Part shown: positions 47,035 through 56,481 of the stretch, piece after piece
Numbering within the stretch: the stretch's first letter is position 1
How the letters are laid out: each line of letters starts with the position of its first letter
Source: Candidatus Enterousia sp.
GTDB lineage: Bacteria; Pseudomonadota; Alphaproteobacteria; Rs-D84
Length of the DNA stretch: 64,000 nt
Reading direction: 5' to 3'
NCBI GenBank assembly: GCA_045613785.1
Contig: JAZLBQ010000024.1
Coordinates: 32,001-96,000, forward strand
Notes under the pieces: generated by a model
Told to the model about the DNA's origin: nothing
What the model saw: only the letters and a program-made list of their open reading frames with translations
Databases searched by the model: none
Made by a program: the position numbers and the translations under genes

Positions 47035-48057
47035 ATGTCAGATATATATAATAAGTTGTTGATTTTGAGAACGCCGGGTATTGGACCAGTAAAGTATAGG
47101 GCATTGGTTGAACGTTTCGGTTCTGTGGCGACAGCTGCACAATCTTTGAATTCAGATTTAGCGTTTTGTGATTCGGTTCTGCATGAGATGGAGGCCGCTA
47201 AGAAACAACATATATATTATATAGATGATGAAGATGAACGTTATCCTGTGGCGTTGAAGGAAATAAAAAACCATCCGCCTGTTATTTCAGTGCGTGGAAA
47301 TTTAGATGTCTTGAAGAAACAGGCTGTCGCTATTGTTGGAACAAGGCACGCAACAGCCGCAGGTATGGAATTAGTCGCCGATATTGCACAACGATTCGCA
47401 GAAAATAATGTGGCGGTTATATCTGGTATGGCAATCGGAACAGATACGGCTGCACATCGTGGGGCATTGCGTGCGAGTGGGGATTCTCAAACGATTGCGG
47501 TTTTGGCTGGCGGGGTAGATTATATTTGGCCACTGGAAAACGAACGTTTGTATCACCAGATATTAGAGCGGGGTGCTGTTGTTAGCGAAATGCCGGTTGG
47601 TTATGTCCCTGTTGCAACTAATTTTGTTCAGCGAAACCGAATCGTCGCAGGATTCGCAAATCGCTTGATTCTGGGTGAGGCAGATTTGAAATCAGGTTCA
47701 ATGACAACAGCACGATTCGCAATCGATTTTGGACGTGATGTGTGGGCAATTCCATCGCACCCCGCAGATTCCCGGGCGTTGGGGCCTAATACACTGATTC
47801 GGAGTGGTGATGCAAAACTGTGTATGGGGGTAGATGATTTTTTTGCAACTGATGAAAAAAAATCAAATGTGAAAAAAATATCAAAAAAATCTGATGCGGA
47901 ATTTAATCTAATTGACGCAATAGGAACTGTTCCTGTGTCTGAATCTGTATTGACAGGTGTTGCCAAAAAAACGATTTCGGAAATTAAAAGCGAATTGGTT
48001 GTCTTGGAATTGCAGGGTTTAGTGCGAAAAGTTGACGGTGGCTATGTTCGAAACTGA
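47035..48057 (+). CDS. dprA: DNA-processing protein DprA
   Basis: VAIVGTR, ISGMAIGTDTAAH, RNRIVAG, SGSMTTA, C-terminal LELQG. Confidence 0.93.
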   Translation: MSDIYNKLLILRTPGIGPVKYRALVERFGSVATAAQSLNSDLAFCDSVLHEMEAAKKQHIYYIDDEDERYPVALKEIKNHPPVISVRGNLDVLKKQAVAIVGTRHATAAGMELVADIAQRFAENNVAVISGMAIGTDTAAHRGALRASGDSQTIAVLAGGVDYIWPLENERLYHQILERGAVVSEMPVGYVPVATNFVQRNRIVAGFANRLILGEADLKSGSMTTARFAIDFGRDVWAIPSHPADSRALGPNTLIRSGDAKLCMGVDDFFATDEKKSNVKKISKKSDAEFNLIDAIGTVPVSESVLTGVAKKTISEIKSELVVLELQGLVRKVDGGYVRN

Positions 48058-48194
48058 TTCTTTTTATGTATATACGCTGTATATACAAGCGGCGGAAAAT
48101 GGGTAAAAAAACGAATCGTTGTCAAAAAATAAAAGTGAAAAAATTGGTTAAAGTTTGGTTGTAAACTGGAAAATATCATTTAACTTATTTGACG

Positions 48195-48462
48195 TATCCA
48201 AAACGAAAAACAAACAAAAAAATGGGGCGGGGTTTTGAGAGAGATTTCAAAATAACGTTCTGAGAAAATGGATGGATTTTTATTTAGGTGCAATGACCAA
48301 AAATAAAATGAAGTTCGAAAATTTTAACGGCGAGAGAGTTAAAAGTAGGACAATAAAAATATCAGAATTCTGAACGGGAAGGCAGAAAATGATGTTTTGT
48401 GCAGGTGACTTTTACAACCTGGTTCGGAAGGCTCTCTTTTAGGGAAGGAAAGGAGAAACAGA
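48195..48462 (+). promoter_or_regulatory. Long structured dnaA leader with five to six consecutive hairpins
   Basis: GTTTTGAGA-GAGA-TTTCAAAAT; ATTT.GGT/ACC..AAAT; TTTTAAC/GTTAAAA; AAAATATCA..TTCTG/CAGAA..TGATGTTTT; CAGGT/ACCTG. Confidence 0.55.
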
Positions 48463-49740
48463 ATGCAGACAGCAGCAAAAATTCAGATGACAAACCTGGA
48501 AACAATCAAAGGGGCCATTGCTGCAAAAGTCGATTCTGCTACATTTACTTCTTGGATTGCACCTTTGTCTTTTGATGTTGTAGATGGTGTTTTGGTATTA
48601 GGTGCACAAAATCAGTTTTCTGCAGATTTTATCAACAGTGTTCATGCAGGTGTTTTGTCAGATGTTGCTGCATCTTTTGGTTTGGGCGTAAAAGTTGTTG
48701 TTCGTAATGCCAAAGTTGCTGCAGCACCAGTTGCAAATGACAACAAGGCACAGGCATTCGCACCAGTCGCAACACCAGTTGCTACAAACGTTGCTTTTGA
48801 TGCTTTTGTTACATCAGATGAAAATATGTTCGTTGTTTCTGCATGCAAGAAAGTTGCAGCAGGTGTGGTTGCGTTTTCTCCTTTGTTTATCTATGGTGCA
48901 GCAGGTTGTGGTAAATCTTTGTTGGCAGAATGCATTTGTGGTGCTGCAAATTCAAAAGTTGTAAAGATGAGTGGTGCACAGTTCGTTTCTGAATTTACAC
49001 GTAGCCTGAAAGAACACAATGTTTTCGCTTTTAAAGATTTCTGCCGTAATTGTGAAACTTTTATCTTGGACGATGTTCAGGCATTAAGTGGTAAAAAAGC
49101 ATCAACAGAAGAATTCTTGCAGTTGGTTGTTGATTTACGCAATGCTGGCAAAAATATTGTTATCACTGCAAATGCAGCACCAAGCAATTTGACAGGTTTT
49201 GATCGTCATGCCCAGGGGTTGTTGGCATCAGGTTTGGTTGCAGATGTCGTTGCACCAAATACATATGTAAAGTCAGTTATGTTGAAACGTGCAGGTGTAA
49301 AATCAGATGTTGCAGATGTTTTGGTAAAACGTATTGCAAATGATGGACATCAAATCGCAGGTGTTGCAACAAAAATCAAAGCATATGTTGAATTGATGGG
49401 TGCAAATGTTGATATGGAAATTGCACAGCGTTTGTTGGCAGATACGTTGCAGACTGCAAAAACACCAACAGCAATGGTCAAAGATATGTGTGAAAAATTG
49501 GCTGTTTCATATGATGCAGTTTGTGGCAGTGGTCGCAGTCGTTCATTGGTTTTGGCTCGTCAGATTATGATGGTTGTATTAAAAGAAGCGACACAGTTGT
49601 CTTTGTCAGAAATTGGTAATTTTGTTGGTGGTCGTGATCATGCAACGGTTTTGTATGCAATCAAACAAATTGAAAAGCAAAAGGCAAATGATTTGGTTTT
49701 GGCCGCCCAGATTCAACAGTTTGTAAATGAATGCAAATAA
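48463..49740 (+). CDS. dnaA: Chromosomal replication initiator DnaA (divergent)
   Basis: FTSWIAPL, PLFIYGAAGCGKS, LDDVQ, ARQIMM, SLSEIG..GGRDHATVLYA. Confidence 0.9.
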   Translation: MQTAAKIQMTNLETIKGAIAAKVDSATFTSWIAPLSFDVVDGVLVLGAQNQFSADFINSVHAGVLSDVAASFGLGVKVVVRNAKVAAAPVANDNKAQAFAPVATPVATNVAFDAFVTSDENMFVVSACKKVAAGVVAFSPLFIYGAAGCGKSLLAECICGAANSKVVKMSGAQFVSEFTRSLKEHNVFAFKDFCRNCETFILDDVQALSGKKASTEEFLQLVVDLRNAGKNIVITANAAPSNLTGFDRHAQGLLASGLVADVVAPNTYVKSVMLKRAGVKSDVADVLVKRIANDGHQIAGVATKIKAYVELMGANVDMEIAQRLLADTLQTAKTPTAMVKDMCEKLAVSYDAVCGSGRSRSLVLARQIMMVVLKEATQLSLSEIGNFVGGRDHATVLYAIKQIEKQKANDLVLAAQIQQFVNECK

Positions 49741-49835
49741 AAACCGCCCGTTTGGGCGTTTTTATATTTGGATTGATGGAGTAATTATGGTAAAATAAAA
49801 GCAATAATGATATCTAGATTCAAAGGGGAAAGGAT

Positions 49836-51377
49836 ATGAAAAAAATTCTGATGCTGTCAGTTTTTTGTGGAATCTTTATGCTTGCAGGTGGGGCAAGTTT
49901 TGCAAGTCCGACATTTGGGTATGGGATGCCACCAGTAACTTCTTCGGCGGGAAGCTCTTTGCAAAAGTGTATATTAGCAGCCTGTCCAAAGGAAGATTCG
50001 TATATTGGTGAAAACAAAGAATACATTCGTTCGACCCCAGATAGCGACCAATGTTATTCTTGTGATAGTGATAATGGGGCGTTTGGAAATGGGCAAGAGT
50101 GTGGTTATGGGCATATTATTGGGCAACGTGATGTGCATGATGGTGAAATTATTCATTTGTTTCAGTGTGTAGATGCTACTGGGGCTTGGGATGAGTGGCG
50201 CTCATTTAATCCAACGATGATTTGTAAAAATTCGCCTTTGAAACAAGAGGCGCCAAATAATGGACGTGTTAGGTATTTATTAGAAGGAACAAAAGCAACC
50301 CATACCGTAGAGACAGGTGGGGATAATAATATTACATTGGCAGGGAATGATACCTGTGTTTATTATGCGTGTAATGATGGGTATATTCCAAATACAGATA
50401 AAACAGATTGTATAGAGGACAATCGGCAAAATGTTTGTGAAACGTCTGGTGGCGTTTGGTCGAATAATACTTGTTCTTGTGATGCAGGAAAAAATTTGAA
50501 ATTAAAAGCAGACAGAACCGCTTGTGAATGTATCAATAATGATTATGAATTTAAGTCTGCAAGCGAGGGATGCGTCGAAACAGAAGCGTCAAAGCAAAAG
50601 AAAAAAGCAACAGAAGACGAATCTAGACGGCAGCGACAGGAACAACAAAATCAACAAAAAGCAAAAAGATGTCGTGATTCTGGTGGGGAGTGGAAAGGTA
50701 GTTTGTGCAAATGTGATAATGCTAAAAATTTACGTGAAGATGGTGGTGTTTGTGTTTGCTTAGATGATAATTACAAACGCAATGGAAACAAATGTGATTT
50801 GACAGATGAAGCCACTGCACGACGTGAATGTGAGGCTGCGTCTGGAACAGGAGCATATTGGGAAACAGGTCAATGTAAATGCGATAATCCACGTAATATT
50901 TATCGGGGTAAGAAATGTGTTTTGAATCCTGCAATCGTATCTTGTGAAAATATTCCAGGGGCGGTTTGGAATGTGGCGGAAGCGGATTGTCGTTGTGTAG
51001 ATGAAGGCAAGGTATTAAATGATGCGGGAACCGCTTGTGTTGAATCGGCTGATGCACGTGCGAAGCGTGAAAAATTGGAAGCGGAGGCTGAAGTGTCGGC
51101 GATTCAAAAACGTATAACCAGTGCGGCAGATGTGTTGGATTCGATTCGTTCTGGATTCAAGGTCAGTGTCTGGAAAGACGAAAAAGGTAATTTTAATACT
51201 TCACGTTTGGTATCAGATTCTGTGGCAGGGGTTGTTTTGGGAACTGCTGGGGGGTTGATAACCAGTAATATTGTAAAAAAGAACCAAATCGAAGATGGTT
51301 TCGAAGATATTCAATGCACTGTTGGAGGTCAGGTGATTTCTAACTGGGGCGATGAGTTCCGCGTCGGTATCCAATAA
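49836..51377 (+). CDS. Secreted Cys-rich repeat protein with C-terminal glycine zipper
   Basis: Signal peptide; four C-x3/6-G-x2-W-x4/6-CxC modules; SVAGVVLGTAGGLI; ends CTVGGQVISNWGDEFRVGIQ. Confidence 0.75.
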   Translation: MKKILMLSVFCGIFMLAGGASFASPTFGYGMPPVTSSAGSSLQKCILAACPKEDSYIGENKEYIRSTPDSDQCYSCDSDNGAFGNGQECGYGHIIGQRDVHDGEIIHLFQCVDATGAWDEWRSFNPTMICKNSPLKQEAPNNGRVRYLLEGTKATHTVETGGDNNITLAGNDTCVYYACNDGYIPNTDKTDCIEDNRQNVCETSGGVWSNNTCSCDAGKNLKLKADRTACECINNDYEFKSASEGCVETEASKQKKKATEDESRRQRQEQQNQQKAKRCRDSGGEWKGSLCKCDNAKNLREDGGVCVCLDDNYKRNGNKCDLTDEATARRECEAASGTGAYWETGQCKCDNPRNIYRGKKCVLNPAIVSCENIPGAVWNVAEADCRCVDEGKVLNDAGTACVESADARAKREKLEAEAEVSAIQKRITSAADVLDSIRSGFKVSVWKDEKGNFNTSRLVSDSVAGVVLGTAGGLITSNIVKKNQIEDGFEDIQCTVGGQVISNWGDEFRVGIQ

Positions 51378-51487
51378 AATGATGAGGAAAACCAAATAAA
51401 AAAATCCCAGTCCGGGGTTTTTTTATTTGAAATTTTTTGACTGTGCTTTTGCCGGCTTTTTATGGGTAGGGAAATTTATACAATTAC

Positions 51488-51516
51488 TTGATTTTTTGAG
51501 GTTTTTGTTTTATCCT
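51488..51516 (+). promoter_or_regulatory. Sigma70-type promoter of the ileS leader
   Basis: TTGATT(51488)-17 nt-TATCCT(51511). Confidence 0.55.
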
Positions 51517-51524
51517 GGTGCGTG

Positions 51525-51557
51525 ATGATTCAGACAACAATAATTATTATTAAATAA
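51525..51557 (+). CDS. ileS leader peptide MIQTTIIIIK
   Basis: Five Ile codons, four consecutive (ATA ATT ATT ATT); in-frame GTG at 51522. Confidence 0.8.
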   Translation: MIQTTIIIIK

Positions 51558-51566
51558 CTGGCGACT

Positions 51567-51606
51567 GCGCTTTGGCGGTGGCTGGGGCGCATGGGCGCCC
51601 GTTTTT
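51567..51606 (+). terminator. ileS attenuator: antiterminator/terminator
   Basis: GCGCTTTGGC can pair with GCTGGGGCGC, mutually exclusive with GGGCGC-ATGG-GCGCCC-GTTTTT. Confidence 0.78.
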
Positions 51607-51628
51607 AATTTAAAAACAGGTGATGAAT

Positions 51629-54600
51629 ATGGCTTATACAAAAACTGATGCACGTCCAGATTTTACAGCCTTGGAACAAGGTGTCTTGAAAAAGTGGGCA
51701 GATGAAAATACTTTCCATAAGTCGTTGGAACAGACTAAACAGGGACATCCGTTTAGTTTCTATGATGGGCCGCCTTTTGCAAATGGTTTGCCACACTGGG
51801 GACATTTGGGTGTGTCAGTGGTCAAGGATATGGTCGCACGTTTCCAGACAATGAACGGACGTTTCGTTCGTCGTGAATTGGGCTGGGATTGCCATGGATT
51901 GCCTGCGGAAAACTCGGTTGAAAAAAAACAGGGGCGAGCCGCCAAGGATATTGTTGCAAATGACGGAATTGCAGCATTCTGTGATATGTGCAGAACAGAT
52001 GTTATGACATATACTAATGAATGGAATCATTTTATTCAGCGTATGGGACGTTGGGTCGATATAGGTGATCAATATGGTTATAAAACCATGAATAAGAACT
52101 ATATGGAATCTATGTTGTGGACGTTAAAGTCGCTGTATGAAAAGGGCTTGTTATACAAAGATTACAGTGTGAATCCATATGATTGGGTAAATGGGACGGT
52201 GATTTCTAATTCAGAGGCGTCCAGTGATTATCGTGAAATTGTTGATGATGCTGTAACTGTTTGGTTCAAACTGGAAAATGGTGATCGTGCAATTGCATGG
52301 ACAACTACACCATGGACGTTGCCTGCAAATTCTGCGTTGGCGGTAAATCCAAATATGGAATATCTGCGTATGCAGGATAGTGATGGGGCGGTCTATGTCG
52401 TCGCAGCAAGTCGATTAAAGGCATATGAAAAACAGTTCGCAAATGCAACGCAGATTGGTTCTGTCAAAGGGGCTGACTTGGTTGGATTGCACTATGAGCC
52501 GTTGTTCCCATATTATGCAGGGCAATCTGATTTGTTGTTCCAGGTAATCCCAGCAGATTATGTTTCTGATTCTGATGGAACAGGTATTGTTCATATCGCA
52601 CCAGCATATGGGGCAGAAGACTTTTGGGCAGCAAAAAATGTCGATCCAAAATTCCCTGTGCTGTTAAATGTCGGAACATATGGGAACTTTGATGAAACAG
52701 TTGTCGATTTCGCAGGGGAAAATATCTTTGCCGCAACACCAAAAATTATGGATTGGTTAAAGGCAAATGGTCGCTTGGTCAAAAAAGAACAATATAAACA
52801 CTCGTATCCATTTGGAGATAGATCCAAAGAAAAATTGATTCAGCGTGCAACCGATTCGTGGTATATCGATGTGCCAAAAATCAAAGATAAATTATTGGCA
52901 AATAATGCAATGGTAAATTGGACTAGTGCAGGGGAACGTTTCCGTTCGTGGATTGAAAATGCACGTCCTTGGTCAATATCCAGAAACCGTTTCTGGGGTA
53001 TGCCTTTGCCAATATGGGAAAAAGATGGCGAATATAAAATCTTTGGTTCTATTGCAGAATTAGAAGAATTCTTTGGTGTGACTGTTGATGATTTGCATCG
53101 CCCAACGTTGGATAAACTGACCAAAGACGGATGGGTGCGTATCCCAGATGTTTTGGATTGCTGGGTGGAATCAGGGTCTATGCCGTGGGCTTCGTTGCAC
53201 TATCCATTTGAAAATGTTGACCGTTTTAACGCAACGTTCCCAGCAGACTATATTATCGAAGGACAAGACCAAACACGTGGTTGGTTCTATGCGTTGATGG
53301 TTCTGGCAACGGCTTTGTTTGATAAGCCTGCGTTTAGAGTTGTGTCCGCAAATGGTATGGTGGTCGATGAAAATAAAAAGAAGTTCTCGAAATCTTTGCG
53401 GAACTTTGTTGATCCAAGCGAACAGATTGAACAGTATGGTGCAGATGCAGTGCGTTTGTATATCTTGGGGTCTAACTTTATGAAGGCTGAACCTGTGCCT
53501 GTCGATAAAGATGGTAAAGTTTTCGTTGAATCAACAAAAACTATTCAAACACCGTTGTGGAATGCATATCACTTCTTTACATTGTATGCCAATGCAGGAA
53601 ATATCACAGCACGTGAAATGGTAAATCCAGAAAATGCACTGGATAAATATATCTTGGCAGAATTAAATGTGCTGATTGCAACAGTGAAAAAGTCTTTGGA
53701 CGAATATAAACCAGATGCTGCAATCAAGGAATTTGTGCGTTTCTTGGATATATTAAATAACTGGTATATCAGACGTGGTCGTGCAAGATTTTGGGACGAA
53801 GAACAAGATGCGTTCGATACGCTGTGGACAGTGCTGACCGGCGTATGCAGGGTTTTGGCACCTTTCGCACCGTTCGTTTCTGAATATATCTTTACAAATT
53901 TGACAGGTGATGAATCTGTGCATTTGACTAAGTTCCCTGTGCCAGGTGATGTCGATAACAAAATCGTTGATGATATGCGTCGTGTGCAGGCAATTGTGTC
54001 TGTCGGAAAGCAATTGCGTGAACAATATGGTCTGCGTAATCGTTTGCCATTGAATATGTTGACTGTGGCAGGGGTAAATCTGGAAAAGTATGCAGATATT
54101 ATCAAGGACGAATTAAATGTGAAATCGATAAAGTTTGATGCCAATATCGAAACGGTTGCTGATAGCTTTGTCTATTTGATTACACCAAAAATTGGTGGTA
54201 GATTGGGTGGTGCTTTGAAAGAAATTATCCCAGCAGTAAAACGTGGTGATTATGAAATCGATGGCGATAAGTTGGTTGCCGCAGGGCATGTGCTGAACGC
54301 AGATGAATTTGAAATGCGTTTGACAGTGCGTCCTGGAATTACGGGGGCAGCATTGTCAGATAATACTGCTGTTGTTGTGCTGGATACCGAAATCAGTGCC
54401 GAGTTGGTCGCCGAAGGATTGGCCAATGACGCATTGCGTTTTATCCAGGATACTCGCAAGGCAGCAGGGCTGGATGTGTCAGATAGAATTATTTTGACAT
54501 ATACGGCAGAACCAGCATTGGCAAATGCAATTGAACAGCACAAGCGTCGCATTATGCGTGATGCGCTGGTTGTTGAAATGAATACCGGCGATGGTGAATA

Positions 54601-54652
54601 TAACACCGATATCGAAGGATACAACCTGAGTATTTCTGTTAACAAGGCATAA
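51629..54652 (+). CDS. ileS: Isoleucine--tRNA ligase, type 2 (IleRS2)
   Basis: YDGPPFANGLPHWGH, WTTTPWTLP, SRNRFWG, KFSKS, IleRS2-type C-terminal IQDTRK...VSDRI. Alternative starts at 51620 and 51623. Confidence 0.96.
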   Translation: MAYTKTDARPDFTALEQGVLKKWADENTFHKSLEQTKQGHPFSFYDGPPFANGLPHWGHLGVSVVKDMVARFQTMNGRFVRRELGWDCHGLPAENSVEKKQGRAAKDIVANDGIAAFCDMCRTDVMTYTNEWNHFIQRMGRWVDIGDQYGYKTMNKNYMESMLWTLKSLYEKGLLYKDYSVNPYDWVNGTVISNSEASSDYREIVDDAVTVWFKLENGDRAIAWTTTPWTLPANSALAVNPNMEYLRMQDSDGAVYVVAASRLKAYEKQFANATQIGSVKGADLVGLHYEPLFPYYAGQSDLLFQVIPADYVSDSDGTGIVHIAPAYGAEDFWAAKNVDPKFPVLLNVGTYGNFDETVVDFAGENIFAATPKIMDWLKANGRLVKKEQYKHSYPFGDRSKEKLIQRATDSWYIDVPKIKDKLLANNAMVNWTSAGERFRSWIENARPWSISRNRFWGMPLPIWEKDGEYKIFGSIAELEEFFGVTVDDLHRPTLDKLTKDGWVRIPDVLDCWVESGSMPWASLHYPFENVDRFNATFPADYIIEGQDQTRGWFYALMVLATALFDKPAFRVVSANGMVVDENKKKFSKSLRNFVDPSEQIEQYGADAVRLYILGSNFMKAEPVPVDKDGKVFVESTKTIQTPLWNAYHFFTLYANAGNITAREMVNPENALDKYILAELNVLIATVKKSLDEYKPDAAIKEFVRFLDILNNWYIRRGRARFWDEEQDAFDTLWTVLTGVCRVLAPFAPFVSEYIFTNLTGDESVHLTKFPVPGDVDNKIVDDMRRVQAIVSVGKQLREQYGLRNRLPLNMLTVAGVNLEKYADIIKDELNVKSIKFDANIETVADSFVYLITPKIGGRLGGALKEIIPAVKRGDYEIDGDKLVAAGHVLNADEFEMRLTVRPGITGAALSDNTAVVVLDTEISAELVAEGLANDALRFIQDTRKAAGLDVSDRIILTYTAEPALANAIEQHKRRIMRDALVVEMNTGDGEYNTDIEGYNLSISVNKA

Positions 54653-54663
54653 AGGAGTAAGTT

Positions 54664-54870
54664 ATGGCAGAAAAATATTGTTTAAACCCGTTACAAAAAT
54701 GTAAATACCGTGCAGCAAGAACAGGAGATTGTGTAACATCAGAACATTGTGGGTATAAAGCCTGTTTTAAGTTTGGGATATCAAAAGAAACTGAGCTGTT
54801 GTTGCGCAACATGTGTGCAATTCAAATACAAAATGCACAAATTTTGGAACTGTTGCAGAAACAGAAATAG
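54664..54870 (+). CDS. Small Cys-rich ORFan
   Basis: AAGGAG SD; MAEKYC..C..C..C; ends QNAQILELLQKQK. Confidence 0.6.
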   Translation: MAEKYCLNPLQKCKYRAARTGDCVTSEHCGYKACFKFGISKETELLLRNMCAIQIQNAQILELLQKQK

Positions 54871-54895
54871 GTAACAATGAAATAAGAGATAAGTT

Positions 54896-55153
54896 GTGGC
54901 AAAATATTATTGTAAAAAATATTTTTACCCAGAAAAATACGATAGATACAAATGTGAACAAAATGAAATGCGAGTATGTCCGCGCGAATGTTGTTCTTCT
55001 AGTTGGTGTTCACACAAATTGTATTTGGATAATGAACAGTTCGCAGTACTGGACAGTTTTCGTGTTGTAAAGGCACAAAATCTGGAAATCTTGAAACAAA
55101 ATAAACAGATTATTGAAGAACTGGCATTGCAACAATTACAGAAATTAAAATAA
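54896..55153 (+). CDS. Small Cys-rich ORFan, similar to the preceding gene
   Basis: GTG start MAKYYC; QNLEIL...QLQKLK; stop overlaps the nth ATG. Confidence 0.55.
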   Translation: MAKYYCKKYFYPEKYDRYKCEQNEMRVCPRECCSSSWCSHKLYLDNEQFAVLDSFRVVKAQNLEILKQNKQIIEELALQQLQKLK

Positions 55154-55797
55154 TGAAACCGGCACAATATTTTGATGCAGTTATTCCGATCGTTGATATG
55201 ACGATTCGGTCGGAACTGTATCATACAAATGAATTTAATTTTGCCGTGGCGGTTATTCTGTCTGCACAGGCAACCGATAAAAAGGTAAATGAGGTGACGC
55301 CTGAATTGTTTCGTGTGGCACCAACGCCTAAAAAGATGTTGGAGTTGGGGCTGGACGGTTTAAAAGAGCATATCAGGGTCATTTCATTCTTTAATAACAA
55401 AGCAAAGAATATTATTGCGTTGGCAGAACGGTTGGTTGCTGAAAATGTTGAAGATGTGTTCCCTGAAAAATATCACAATCGAGATAATTTGATGCAGTTG
55501 CCGGGCATTGGGCAAAAGACCGCAAATGTTGTTTGTAATGTTTTGTGGGGGGCACCTAACATTGGTGTGGATACGCATGTTTTTCGCAATGCACATCGTT
55601 ATGGGTGGGTTAGTGATGCAGATAATACACCAGAAAAAGTTGAACGTAGGTTGTTGGAATTTATCCCTAAAAAATATCACTCAATTGTAAACCATGTGAT
55701 GGTTTTGCATGGGCGTTATGTATGCAAGGCTTTGCGGCCAGATTGTAAGAATTGTCCTGTTGCAAATATTTGTCCGTATAATAAAAAAGATAAATAA
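55153..55797 (+). CDS. nth: Endonuclease III
   Basis: AVILSAQATDKKVN, LPGIGQKTANV, VDTHV, CKALRPDCKNCPVANIC. Confidence 0.95.
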   Translation: MKPAQYFDAVIPIVDMTIRSELYHTNEFNFAVAVILSAQATDKKVNEVTPELFRVAPTPKKMLELGLDGLKEHIRVISFFNNKAKNIIALAERLVAENVEDVFPEKYHNRDNLMQLPGIGQKTANVVCNVLWGAPNIGVDTHVFRNAHRYGWVSDADNTPEKVERRLLEFIPKKYHSIVNHVMVLHGRYVCKALRPDCKNCPVANICPYNKKDK

Positions 55798-55825
55798 AAA
55801 GGTCGGAATTTTCCGACCTTTTCGT

Positions 55826-56359
55826 TTATTTTTGGTTTTGGCTTTTTGCAAATTCTGCCCATAATTTTTCACGCAGGGCAATTTGGTATTTTAAATCACG
55901 GCGTGATTTATGATTTAAGTGTGATTCGTAATCTTGTTCGTATTCATCGAATATGTGTATCATTCCTGGGTATATTTGAATAACAGGTTTGCCAGTGCTT
56001 TTGTCTAGATATTCAATGATTGTTGTTGCGATTTTTTCGCCGGTTATTTTTTTTATTAGTTCTTGCTGGGCAGCCATGTCAGTGGCACATGGGTTTGGAA
56101 AATCTTTGGCGGAAACCCAACCTGATTGTGTGTCCTGGCGGATGCCATTTAATTCAATAATTGCCAATGGGGTGTTCTTGCATAACGCAAACATTTCATA
56201 GGCAGTAAATGGATTAAACATAATTTTGTATGTGTTCTTTTTCTTTTTGCTGATGTGGTTTGCAGGAATAGTTTTTGCAACAGGGGCAACTTCGGCAGGA
56301 ATAGCCTCGATAGGTTGTTGGTTAGTTTTTTTTGATTTAAAATATTCAAATATATTCAT
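55826..56359 (-). CDS. Hypothetical protein (ORFan)
   Basis: 177 aa, AAGGA SD, ends AKSQNQK. Confidence 0.65.
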   Translation of the reverse strand: MNIFEYFKSKKTNQQPIEAIPAEVAPVAKTIPANHISKKKKNTYKIMFNPFTAYEMFALCKNTPLAIIELNGIRQDTQSGWVSAKDFPNPCATDMAAQQELIKKITGEKIATTIIEYLDKSTGKPVIQIYPGMIHIFDEYEQDYESHLNHKSRRDLKYQIALREKLWAEFAKSQNQK

Positions 56360-56481
56360 ATTTTATCCTTATTTATCTTTTATGTTATATTTTTATTATA
56401 GGACGTATCTTTTGTTTGTCAAACTTTTGAGTAAAGAAAAGCACCTGAAATAGGTGCTGTTGTATTTTTATAAAAGTCTTT

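Noticed and set aside
48400-48435. SRP RNA or cobalamin/glycine riboswitch (GGTTCGGAAGG, CGGGAAGGC)
   Set aside because: Only fragments match; the AGCAG partner and other conserved elements are absent.
48058-48462. oriC upstream of dnaA
   Set aside because: No TTATCCACA-type boxes and no visible skew change.
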